From: Guillardia theta CCMP2712
Taxonomy: Eukaryota; Protista; Cryptophyta
Assembly: GCF_000315625.1 (NCBI RefSeq)
Contig: NW_005434605.1
Coordinates: 114,407-178,406 of the forward strand
Direction of reading: 5' to 3'
Length of the DNA: 64,000 nt
A model generated the notes under the pieces. It was not told the origin of the DNA. It worked only from the letters and a program-made list of their open reading frames with translations, and did no database searches. Positions 37,326 through 48,328 of this stretch are shown piece by piece. The first letter of the stretch is position 1. Every line of letters starts with the position of its first letter. The translations under genes and the position numbers were made by a program.

Positions 37326-39130
37326 ATGGGACCGATGGATCAAGATCCAATGGCCCTGGTTTCCAACAGCGAGCGCCTCAGGAATCAAGTGTTGGAGATG
37401 AGAAGCAGCGAATTCGACGTCGGAATGCTCGACAAGTCGTTCAGACGTGCGTACGAGCTCGCACCGACTGCCATCCCAGTGAGCAGGAAGAAGAAGAAGA
37501 AGGGCCTGCTCAGCATCTACAACACCGAGGAGGAGCCCGACGATATGTCGAGCCGTTTGCCTTTCATCGAGGAGTCTCAGAAGAAGGAGATGGATGCAAG
37601 GCAGCAGCAAAAGCTCGAGGCTCGCCAATGGGGGAACGAGTTTGTGATCTGGAGGGACGATTTCGACCCGGGCTCCAACGAAACTCTGAGGGAAACGTTC
37701 GTGTCGAGGGCGAAGAACACGTACATGGACGTCAAGAAGCGATCGAACAACTTCAAGGACCACATTGTAGACAACGGAATGTTGCGACCTGAGTACAACG
37801 AAGTGCGGGCAAAGACCTTCGAGAAGGTTATGCTGGCCAGGAATCTCCAGTACGACGATATCAAGAAGAAGTCGGAGAGGAGGGTGGAGAAGACCATGGC
37901 AGACGCGGGCCATCGCACTTGCACTCCATCCCGACGGAGGACCGGGAGAGCAGAAGGCTCTACCCTCGCTCCCCAGACTTCCAAGGAGAGGGGCGAGAGG
38001 GGGGGCATGGTGTCGATTCGTCCAAAGGAGGTGAAGAAGTCGCAGAACTGGAAGGCAACCCCCAACTTCAAGCATTCAGCCCTGCTGGTCAAGCATGAGA
38101 GGCGTCGCTCCTTGGAAGGGATCCTCAAGCCCAGCGGCAGCCTGACGAGGATGGGCACGAAGCCGGTCTCCCCGGTTTCAAGGATACCCAGCGAGTTGTC
38201 GACGTCCCCCCAGAGCTATGAGGCCATGTACGAGGAGGAAGACTTCGTGCTGCATGCTCCGACGCCCGAGGTGGTGGTGGATGTGCTCGAGAGCTTCAAG
38301 GGGAAGCGGAAGGAGATCGTCGAGAAGGGTATGAAGGCCCAGCAAGACCTCAGCTCGTCCCGGGCTGAGGTGGACGCTGAAATCCAACGGCTCAAGTCGA
38401 TAGAGTCTGTGAAGAAAGTGAGCAAGAGGGAGAAGGTGAAGCAGCTCACTCAGAGCATGAGGCAACCAAGTCCCACCCCTAAGGAGAGCGCCGAGAGCTC
38501 CGACGAGCTCAGGACGCCAAGGGGGCCTCCTCTCCTCCGAGAGCCGGTCTATGCGGAAATGACGGAGGAGAATGACGGCTCGCTGCTGACCAAAGGCAAG
38601 ACTTTGCGCCGCCCAGAAAGGGAGATCTCGATCTACGTCGGGGAGGAGGAGGATCAGCCCGAGCAGGGGTCGGAGGGGTCGGAGGAAGGGAGCAGGGTCA
38701 GGACCGAGGAGGAAGAGAGGAGCCTGGCGGTCCTTAGGAAGTTCTACCCCAACAATCACATCCCAGCAGCTAAGAGCAGCAAGCCGCTGTTTCCTTTTTC
38801 TGCTGATGGGGAGGGAGGAGGAGGGGGGAAGCTAGAGCCGGCCCTCAGCCCGCGCATGCTGACGAAGAGCACTTTGGATTCGTTGCCTCTTCGCGTGCCG
38901 GATGGGTACATGACAACGATGATGGCGGAGCAAGAGGTCGAAGATGAAATCGAGCAGATGCAGGAAACGTTCTATGAGAAAGACGCGAGGTAAGAAGACG
39001 TCGATGATTGAATGATGGAATCTCGATGGCTCGCATTGCAACTGAGCAGTGTGAACGAGAATCCTTGAAGGATTTCGATTCGGATTTGATGTAGATGATG
39101 ATGTTGAGGATTTTCGTTCATCGTTGTTTC

Positions 39131-39175
<45 letters not shown>

Positions 39176-40672
39176 CGGGGGGGGAAGAGGAGGAGGAGAA
39201 TATTGACGAGAAGGATCGCAGTTGGCTTCAAAATGACAATCAAGCACTGCGGGCAAGCATTGAGAGCACCTTGAAAACTCAGATTGATCTTTCTCGCGCT
39301 GGCGCTTCTTTTATGTCATCCAGCACGGATGGTTTGAACCAAAAGTTGCTTGCTGACAACAACGACGAAGATGATGACGAAGACCTTGGTTTGGACTCAG
39401 GCAATGGAAATCCTCCTCCTCCTCCTCCTCCTCCTCCTCCTCCTTTCATCTCTCTCCCTCCCTTTCCATTCTCCCCTTTCCTTTCTTCCTTCTCCGCCGT
39501 TCGGATTTGAGCTCACTCACTGCCTTGCAGGTCCGATTCTCTACAGGACAAGAGTTCCGAAAGCAGAAGATGCTCGTGCACATTCTGATGTAGCAGGGAA
39601 GCAAGACAAGGAGGACGATGTCAAAGTGGAGGAGGTGAGGGAGGACAAGCGCAGGAACGAGGAGGAAGCAGAGCGGAACGATGACGCAAAAGGGCAGGAC
39701 GACAGGTTGGACAGAGAGGGAGCGGGTGGCGACAAAGACGATGTTATGCTCCATGCGACGCGCGACGTCCTTGCAGAGGGAGAGGAAGGAGAAGCACAGG
39801 TGAGAACAGGAAAGGCTGAATGATGTCTGACAGAAGTGAACTTGACAGAGGGAGGGGAAAGACATCGGGTTCAACGATCCACTTGCGGAGCGAATGGTGC
39901 AGGTGAAGTTGAGCAGGAGCAGGAGCAGGAGCAGGAACAGGAGCAGGAGCAGGAGCAGGAGGCGCTGTGGTTGCTGGCTCATGACAGACTGCGGGCAGAT
40001 CTGGGAGAAGTTGGAGATGACGAGCATCGAGCGACTTGAGATGATCATCAAGTACGCGGAAGTGGAGTATGCGCTGGTGCTGGAGGAAGCTCTGCAGGCC
40101 TGGGAAGAGGTCCGCTCCCTCCGCTCCCTCCGCTCCCTCCGCTCCCCTCCCTCGCTCCCCTCCCTTCGCTACCCTCTCTCCTTCTCATCCTTCCTCTCAT
40201 TACCTCTGCTCTCCTTCCTCTTCCTGATCCTCTTTCTTCCAGTGCGCCGACGCGATCTTGGAGAGGGAGAGGGCTCTCAACCGCCTCCACCCCCAGCAGG
40301 GCGAGGTGAGAAGGAGGACACGAACTTGCAGCCTTTTACGTTTGACGCCTCGTGATCCGCAGCTGGGAAAGGAGGACGTCAAGGAGGAGATCACGAGACT
40401 AAACGAACAGGTTCTTCCACCTCCCCCTTCCCAGCTGGGGTTGTGCTGGCCGTGTAACTTGGTTCCAGTGCCAGAAGAGTATCGACCTCCTGCTGGCTAA
40501 GTTCGGGGACATCCCTTCCTACAGGTGCGGCGCTCGTACTTGATGACCCGGGCCTGCTGACGGATGCGAGGGTAGAGGCGAGAAGTACATCACCCAGCTG
40601 GACTCTTCCACCTTGGCACCCTCAGGCGAGGTGAAGGCGGAAAGGCCGAGGGCAGTCACGTTGTCAGACTAG
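37326..40672 (+). CDS. Coiled-coil protein with a CCDC87-like C-terminal region; multi-exon, start uncertain
   Basis: A long first exon (555 codons open). The C-terminal exons QIWEKLEMTSIERLEMIIKYA...LEEALQAWEE|CADAILERE and FGDIPSYR|GEKY resemble my recollection of the CCDC87 C-terminus. Stop at 40670-40672. Confidence 0.6.
39131..39174 (+). repeat. (ATG)n microsatellite
   Basis: Directly visible. Confidence 0.95.
39911..39960 (+). repeat. (GCAGGA)n microsatellite, intronic
   Basis: Directly visible. Confidence 0.95.
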
Positions 40673-40709
40673 ATGCCGTTGTAACATTTTTGCTGTAATA
40701 CTACTACTA

Positions 40710-40852
40710 CGTGTATATTACTACGGTGATTTTTGACTTAACCGTGTATGTTACTACGGTGATGTTTAACTTAACCGTGTATATTACTACGGTGATTTTT
40801 TGACTTAACTATGTATATTGCTACAGTGATTTTTAACTTAACCGTATATTAC
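40710..40852 (+). repeat. 33-bp minisatellite x4.3 (CGTGTATATTACTACGGTGATTTTTRACTTAAC) with an internal hairpin
   Basis: Units at 40710, 40743, 40776, 40810 and a partial unit at 40843. ACCGT...ACGGT inverted repeats span the unit junctions. Confidence 0.93.
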
Positions 40853-41335
40853 TCTATAAAGTGCGCAAGGACAGCAAACATTCGCATATGAATTGGAGTG
40901 TTGAAAAAAGCTGCCCTGTACTGCGCCTTCAAAAGAATGGCGCCAGGAGCAGCCTCCTGGAAGCCCTCGTTGTAGATCATCCCTCCTTCATCTCCATCCT
41001 TCTTCATCTCCATCCTCCTTCATCTCCATCCTTCTTCATCTCCATCCTTCTTCATCTCCATCCTTCTTCATCTCCATCCTCCTTCATCTCCATTCTCCTC
41101 TTCCCTCTCCCCGTTCCCCTCCTCCTCCTTCTCCTCCACCTCCTTAACCTCTTCCATCCTCCTCCCTCCTCCTCCTCCACCTCCTCATCATCACAACCCT
41201 CAGCACCAGCATCAGCACCTGCCATCTACACCATAGTTTGAGATACCCATTCTTCACCTTGACCGCTTCCTCCTGTGATGAGAATTTCACGTTGCCTTGC
41301 ATTTCGAATATTTCTTGCGACTCTTTGTCTAACAG

Positions 41336-44300
41336 GACTTCATCTCTGATGGGACCTATCTGTAGAGCGTTGTCCATCCTCTGGTTGAGCCATGGCTGTT
41401 TGTCTCCAAAAGTTGTCCTCACTACACCTGGTATCACTTTCTCCATTCTGCCACGTCATGTTGCACTGAGACCTGACCTCGAAGGCTGCTGGCATGGGAG
41501 ACGTAGCGACTGTGATGAAGGTAGCGCCTGACGTCCACGAGTTTCCTCCCACCTGACAAGTGTTCAGTTCCTCAAGAACGAGAAGACAGAGTTCGTCGGA
41601 GGGAAGAAAGGTAGAGCGTGTGCGGGCAGGAGAGGACTCGTCTGATTGTTGCTGGCCAGTCATGGTCTTCCACCTCGATCCCACCGGAATGTCGGCATTG
41701 TCCCTGGCAGCACAGAGTGGTCACTTTGAAGTGAGGAGGAGGAGGAGGAGGAGGAGGAGGAGGAGGAGGAGGAGGTGGTGGTGGTGGTGGTGGTGGTGGA
41801 GGAGGAGGAGGAGGAGGAGGAGGAAAACGAGGAGAGGATCTATGCTGATGATGAAGAACAGGTTGTCGATCTCCTGTTGCGAGTGAAAGTCCCTGCGAGC
41901 AGTCAGGCTGACGTCAACGGTCGCTCCAAAGCTGGTGGGGAGGAGGAGGAGGAGAGGGCAGGCGGCTGTCCCGTCTCACGAGCTTGTCAGGCGTCACGGC
42001 CCTCATGCTCGCCGCGCAGAACGGGCATGTCAACATCGTACGAACGCTGCTGGAGCACAAGGCGGACCCCCAGCTCAAGAGCGAGGCAGGGGACACAGCC
42101 CTCCACTACGCCACCCGCAACCCGGACACGCACACGAGGAGCGAGATCTTCTCCTTCATCCAGGACGCAGGGGGAGACGCCTCTTTGCCCAACGCACAGG
42201 GTCTGAGCGCGAGCGACCTGCTGAGAAGAGGAGCGGAGGTGATCGCTGCACCCTCCCCCTTTCTCCCTCCTCTTTCCTCATGATCTGCGCAGTCGTCCGG
42301 AGGGACAGGAGCAGCGCAGGTGACCCAGGGGGAGCGGGCGACCAGCCACGTGATGCAGATGTTGCAATGGAAGAGGCGACTGAAAACTGTGCTGGCAGGG
42401 GGGAGGGGAGACGCAGGAGGGATTGGAAGGGCAGAAGGAGACCACGGCGAAAGGGGAGGAGAAGGACGAGGGAAAGAAGAAATGCAAGGACGTGCAAGAG
42501 GCATACTGGGACGCGTACGGCCGACGTGTCCATCCAGAGACTATCGCGAGAGGTGAAGAAGTTTGTTGAACTCTGCGGACCCGCCTCCCTCTGCTCTGAA
42601 CGATTCTGACAGAGTTAGCGAGACACCGGAAGGACAGAAGGAGAGAAGCGGCGAGGAGAAAGTGACCACTCCCGCCATATCTCTGATCCCCTACTTTCTC
42701 TTGCTCCTCCTCCCTCTCCCTCCTAGTCTCTGAGATGCTGAAAGATTGTTTGACAGGAAGGAGCAGCAGCTGGAGCAAGCCTACATCGCGATAACAGGGG
42801 ACGAGAAGGAACGCAGGGAGGGAGGAGGGGAGCGTCTGTGACACAAGCCCTTCAGGGATTCAGCGGATTCAGAAAAGTTGGAGAGAGGACCAAGTTTGGG
42901 GAGGAGGAGATCAAAGAGAAGGTGAGAAGTTTGACCGGACAAGAGGACGATGAGAATTCCGAGGCCAAACGAGTCGGAGAACATGGAAGGGAAGGGCAGA
43001 AGGAAGGAAGGAAGAAAAGTGGGAGGAGAAGGAGGAGAGCGGGGAGGAGGAGGAGGAGGAGGAACAGGAGGAGGAGGAGGAGGAGGAGGAGGATAGTGCT
43101 GGAGTATCGGATTGGAGAACAATCTTACTCAAATTGCAGCTTTGCAGCATGGGTTTCTCTGAGGAGCAGGCAGCAAAGGCGGCTAAAGGTGAGAGCACAA
43201 AGGTGGATCCGGGGGGGGGAGGGGGAGGAGGAGGGAGGAGGAGGAAAAGGAGGAGGAGGAGGAGGAGGATGGGACATGTTTGATTGCCGAGTTGTGTTTC
43301 CGTGGAGTGAACTCATTCCGTGTATCAGAAAATACTTCTTTGGAGGATGCGATCGAATGGATTATCTCAAGTGGGGGCGTCGAGGAGGAGGAGCAGGAGG
43401 AGGTGGAAGAAAACGAGGTGCAGGAGCTGCAGGAACAGATCAAGGAGTGGAGCATGCAGGTAGAGGATTTCGCTGCTCCCCTTCCCCCGACCTTTGACTC
43501 TGTTCCCGAGCAGCAGGATGCTGCGGGAGAAAGGCAGGATGGGAGCGATATGCTCGAACGGTGACTGCAATTCACTACTCCTTTCTTGCAGCACTACCTT
43601 CTCGCCTTGCTCCTCCACTGCCTCTTTCCTTTCACCATCCTCTGCTCCACTTCCCTCCTCCCCTTCAACCCCCCCAACCTCCACCGAGCTCCCTCCCGTC
43701 TCCTCTTCATTGGGCTCACCCTGCCACCAGGTTTTTCTCCGCGGCAGCCTCTGGAGCCTCCGCAGGGCAAGAGATTCTCCGCTTCCTCCAGGTCGATCGC
43801 TGACCCTCCCCCTCCCCCTCCCCCTCCCGCTCCCCCTCTTCTCTTCTCTCCGTTCCTCTCCCCTTCCCCATCTTTTCCCTTCTGCCTCCGCTGACTTCCA
43901 TCAAGAGTCAGATGTCTCGACCAGCAAACTTCGCCACCGACACGCAAATTTCTTCTACCGACTACAGAGAGCGCGAGCTCCAGGCCTTCGACTTCCACTC
44001 CCTCCAGCAGTCGGTAGGGCGAGCAGGGAGGGAAGGAAGGAGGCGGAGGGAGGGAGGGGAGGGGAGGGGAGGGGAGGGGAGGGGAGGGGAGGGGAGGGAG
44101 GGAGGGAGGGAGGAGAAAGAGGGTTTGTGGGTAGGTGGGTGGAGGGGGGGGCTCACGGTGAGCAGGACGGGACTATCGAGCACTTTGAGCCACAGCAGAG
44201 GCGAAAGGGGATGGAGCTGGAGGATGGCGATTTGCACTTAGAGGGCAACATAGAGGTGAGAGATGCTTTGAAGGGGAGGAGGAGGGGAGGAGGCTGGATC

Positions 44301-44789
44301 TTAAGAGTGCTGACGGGTGAGCGTACAGGGTTGGGATCAGTTCCATGCCAACGAGAAGTTGTTTGGCACAGCAACAACTTACAAGGAAGAAATTTATACG
44401 AGCAAGCTAGACAGGTCGAGATTGACCGAGGAGCAGATCCGAAGAGCTGAGGTAGTAGAACAAAAACCTCCTCTTCCTCCTTCTCCATATGTTCCTCCTC
44501 CTCCTCCTCCTCCTCCTCCTCTTCCATATATTCCTCCTCCTCCTCCTCCATATGTTCCTCCTCCTCCTCCTCCTCTTCCATATATTCCTCCTCCTCTTCC
44601 ATGTATTCTGTTGTTCTTGTGTGTGTTCTCTTCTCTCATTTCCCTGGTAGCTGCTGGCAAAGGAGATTGAAAAAGAGCGCGATGGGTCGGCAGCTGTTGA
44701 ACAGGAAGCTGTCGGAGACGACGATACCTGGGCAACGGACGTACATCGTTGAGGAGGAGCAAGAGGATGAGAATGAAGGCAAGGATTAG
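41336..44789 (+). CDS. Ankyrin-repeat + UBA + LsmAD (ataxin-2/Pbp1-like) protein; multi-exon, possible ATG at 40937
   Basis: ANK: SLHL|AAGMGDVATV, SALSLAAQSGHFE, TALMLAAQNGHVNIV, GDTALHYA. UBA: LCSMGFSEEQAAKAA...SLEDAIEWI. Pbp1/LsmAD: FATDTQIS...RERELQAF and GWDQFHANEKLFG..TTYKEEIYTSKLDRS...RRAE|LLAKEIE. Confidence 0.75.
41734..41823 (+). repeat. Compound (GAG)n(GTG)n(GAG)n microsatellite, intronic
   Basis: Directly visible. Confidence 0.95.
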
Positions 44790-45539
44790 AAGGACGAGGG
44801 ACGACGAGGATGGTAAATGCAGCAAGAGAAGAAGGAAATTTTCGTGTTTTGATTTTCCGATCCACTTCGAATTTATTTATATGAATTCATGGAATGCAAT
44901 CGTGCGAGACGATCTAATAACATACCTTACATCAAAGGCTCCCTCTCCTCAACCATCAAAATACAGTTTGATCCACGACGTCTCTTCATCTCTTTCATCT
45001 TCATCTCGTACATCTTCGTCTATGCTGTTTCTACACCCTCAACTGCCTGCTGGCTCTCCGGCCCATCGGATCACACAAGACGCTTCAGAACCCTGTGTTG
45101 CCACCATTCATCTTCGACCTCGTGCAGATGGGCTGACATGCCTCCGAATGTCTTGCGATTGTCGAGGCTGAGATGCGAGGATCGTACTTTGTCTACAAAT
45201 CATCACCACGACTCGATTCATCCCTTTCTCTCGCTCTGAGGGCCCAGGGAAGAAATTCGCCATTCGTTTGACAAGAAACAGAAATAATATTACAAGGCAG
45301 CAAGAAAAGGGCTTTCATCTCGACTTCACAGCCACTCTATTTGTGACTGTACCACAGCGAAACCGGAAGAAGAAGAAAAGTCACTTTCTTGCGGACATAT
45401 CCAAATGATCATCATCATCATCATCATCTCCATCATCACTTTCTCAAACACCATAGCCATCAAAATTCATCTTTGTCATCGTCTTATCAGTTTCTCCAAC
45501 AACAAACTTAACAACCTTGACATCATCATCATTGCAGAG

Positions 45540-46993
45540 CTATGAGCCCAAGGAGCCATCATGATAGAAAGAAAGCATGGCACGAAGCTCACCAGCATTC
45601 TTCGTCGCACACTGCATTCCATTCTCAATGGTCTGACAGAGGTTCGAGGTCTTTCTCTTCTTCGCATTCGATGCTTGCAAACTTGAGCAGTCCAGCGAGT
45701 TGACATTCACATTCACATCTTGTGTCTGGTCATAGGAAAACAGCAACTTCTCCTGAAGTTTCTCCTCCACATTCACAGTATGCAAGATTGGCTTCGGCGA
45801 TTCTTCCTTGACCACTGCGACAACACCATCAACGACTGCAAGAGCGGATGAAATCTTCAGCATGAACCTGTTGCATTTGGTTTACTGCCAGGTGTAACCT
45901 TCCCTCCCTTTGTTTCACTCGCTTCTTTCTTTGGATCACCCGTGCTCTGTCAATACCAGCGTAAGGGGCAGACGTGAACACACAAGTCAACAGTCACCTT
46001 GCAGGCTTTGCTTTCCTTGCTTGTCCCTTGTCCTCCCGATCTTCAGCAGAATGTCAGAAGGTCACCAAGAAGAAAGCATTCCTGCTTTCAGGAACAAACT
46101 GAGGGAGACAAGCATAGACACAAAGGCAGCAAAGGGAACGAAGAGAGAAATGAGCAAGAACGCAAAGGGGCAAGAAAAAGTTCTCAGGGCGTGATGAAAT
46201 TGGGGCTGACAGAGAAATTCTGATTATGATCGTCATGAGAGATTATGTGCAGTGACAGGCAGGGTATGTTCCGCTACTATCATAGACATTTTCCTCCTGC
46301 TCCTCACCCGTCCGACTTCCGTTTTGGCGAGTGGTCGCCGCTGCCTGAGGAAGTGCGAGACAGTTGGAGCAGGAGCTCAGCAGCATACACGCGCTCATCG
46401 TAGCTCTTCTCCTTCGCTGCCCCTTCTGAGTCCCCCTTGCCCCTGCAGCCATCCTCCCCCTTGCCCTCCTGCCCCTTGTCGGGCAAACCGGTAGACCTGT
46501 TTGCTGCCTCATCGGCCTCCGCTGGCGAGTGTCCCGAGGGTTTGCCAGGAGCAGAGGACGAGACCTTTCTCTTGAGCCCGAACTTCTTCTTCAGGTTGTC
46601 CTGGACGTCACTTGGGAGCAGACCAGGAGCGTAAGAGCGCAACTTGCCCTTCCTGTCCAGGTCCATCCAAATATTGAAGTAGCCGCATTGACTGCAGACG
46701 GCCCAACGAGCATCTACACCGCAGGCTTCCTTGTAGCATCGCACGAGCGCTTCCTCCTTGGATTGTCCAACCCTCACTTCCGCAACGCGGCAGAAGCGCT
46801 TGTCTTCCCTAAACATGCCATGAACTTCCGTCACCTTATAGTCGTCCACACGTCGTTCCTTGACGCCTCTCCAAGGAAGGACGAAGTCTGCGAAAGACTT
46901 TCCATTGCTAGTCTCTGTCAGGGGCACGAGGCGCACGCGAGCGGCGCGCGAGTCGGAGGAGCATTTCTTGCAGTAGCGCTCGTCGTCGGGCAT
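45540..46993 (-). CDS. Hypothetical protein with CxxC...CxxC zinc-ribbon-like motifs; multi-exon, 3' end not resolved
   Basis: Open exon MPDDERYCKKC...VCSQCGY, a basic NLS-like KKKFGLKRK and AAELLLQLS. A downstream open frame at 45540-45863 is probably another exon. Confidence 0.5.
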
Positions 46994-47029
46994 GGCGGTC
47001 GGGGAGCCGAGCGCGAGATGGGGGAGGGG

Positions 47030-47910
47030 CAGATGGGGTGGGGCACCATCAAGGTAGGTGGGGGTACCTGAAACTGGGTGGTATCTAGGTAATTGGAGGG
47101 GGTATTCAGGGACAAACGTCTTCATCTAGAGGGTGGGGGTCAGGATGTGATCATCTCAAGATGGGTGGGTCATGTTGAAGTTTAGGGGTACTCAAGGTCT
47201 GTTGGGGTGAGGTGGGTGGGGTCAATGGCACTATTAAAAATGGGGTCCGATGGAAGAAAAGGAGGGGTGGTAACCAATGTGATTAGGGTCCTTTAATTGT
47301 ATACCAGGAATTCAAAAAAAATGAGGGTAGGGTACTATCAAAAACTGGGTGGGGGTGTGCAGAATTACATCAAAAAGGGTAGTTGGACTCTATAAAGAGC
47401 AGGGTAGGGTCTTGTCGATTTAGATAGGGTGGGGTTACGAGGGTGGGGGTTAGGTGAGAAAAGCATTCGATCATGTGGGTACGGTGGTAAGACAGTATAC
47501 GTTCGAGGGGTGCATAATGAGGGTGATTTGATGGGGGGTGGGGTACGGGGTGTGCTACGCCTTGGAGTGGGAGAGTTCCGAGGGTGGGGTGAATGTGTAC
47601 ACAGGGTGGGTATCACGAAACTGGAGGAGGGGTAGTAGGATCATGGGTGAACGGAGAACCCACAGATCAATCTGGATCAGGGGGTGAATAATGAAAGGGT
47701 GGCAGGGACATTAAAAGGGTGGGTGGGTATGTTGAGGGGTGTTTTGAAATTAGATGTCGGAGGCATGGGTGGGGTAGGGGTGGATGGGTTTAGTTCAACA
47801 GGGGTGGTCGATACCACGGGGTGAGGGGTAGGTAGAAAGCGGAAAGGTGAACAGAAGGGTAGGGAGTAGGGAAGGGGTGGGTATGGGGGGAGGTCAGGGG
47901 GTGGGATTTG
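47030..47910 (+). other. Strand-skewed GGGT-rich non-tandem intergenic tract (~0.9 kb)
   Basis: Dozens of GGGT/GGGGT words and very few C runs. Followed by a CCGG island at 47937-48140. Confidence 0.8.
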
Positions 47911-48328
47911 TTAAGGAGCGGGGATGTGGTCCTTTTCCGGGGGCCGGCGTCCCGGTGCTCCCGGATCGGGGTGACTCTGAGACTCGCTGAGCGGCCCGTA
48001 CAGTGATCGCTGGGCCGGGCGGAAACCGTTGAACAGTGCGCGGCATCATCGGATCCGGGCGAGCCTTGGCGGCGGCCCCCGGGGGCGACTGGCCGGTGCG
48101 CGGCCGGCCCGGCTCAGGCTCGCCGGGGGCCGGGACCCGGTACTATGACTGAGCCTGGTTCACGAACTTCGGAACGCCTATGCGGGATACACTGAGTACA
48201 GTAGTACTAGCCTCAGGGCCCACGCCCGGCGGGGCAGTACGATCAGACTCCATCTAGTAGTCAAATGATACAGAAACGGATATATTACCATGAGTCCGTG
48301 ATAACCGCTCCGGGGAAGACGGCTACTG

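Noticed and set aside
22558-40672. Functional cluster of spindle/basal-body genes (Spc25, Sfi1-like, CCDC87-like), or of the two carrier genes at 51-57 kb
   Set aside because: The genes are interspersed with unrelated ones and the two carriers belong to different subfamilies. Chance adjacency is sufficient.
40710-40852. CRISPR-like array (33-bp palindromic repeats)
   Set aside because: The units are head-to-tail with no unique spacers, there are no cas genes, and the context is eukaryotic. It is a minisatellite.
41144-41446. Minus-strand 100-aa ORF (MEKVIPGVV...) as a separate gene
   Set aside because: It overlaps plus-strand exons and introns of the ankyrin gene, which splice coherently, and has no recognisable domain.
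47030-47910. Interstitial telomeric repeat
   Set aside because: There is no fixed tandem unit. The G-rich words are irregularly spaced.
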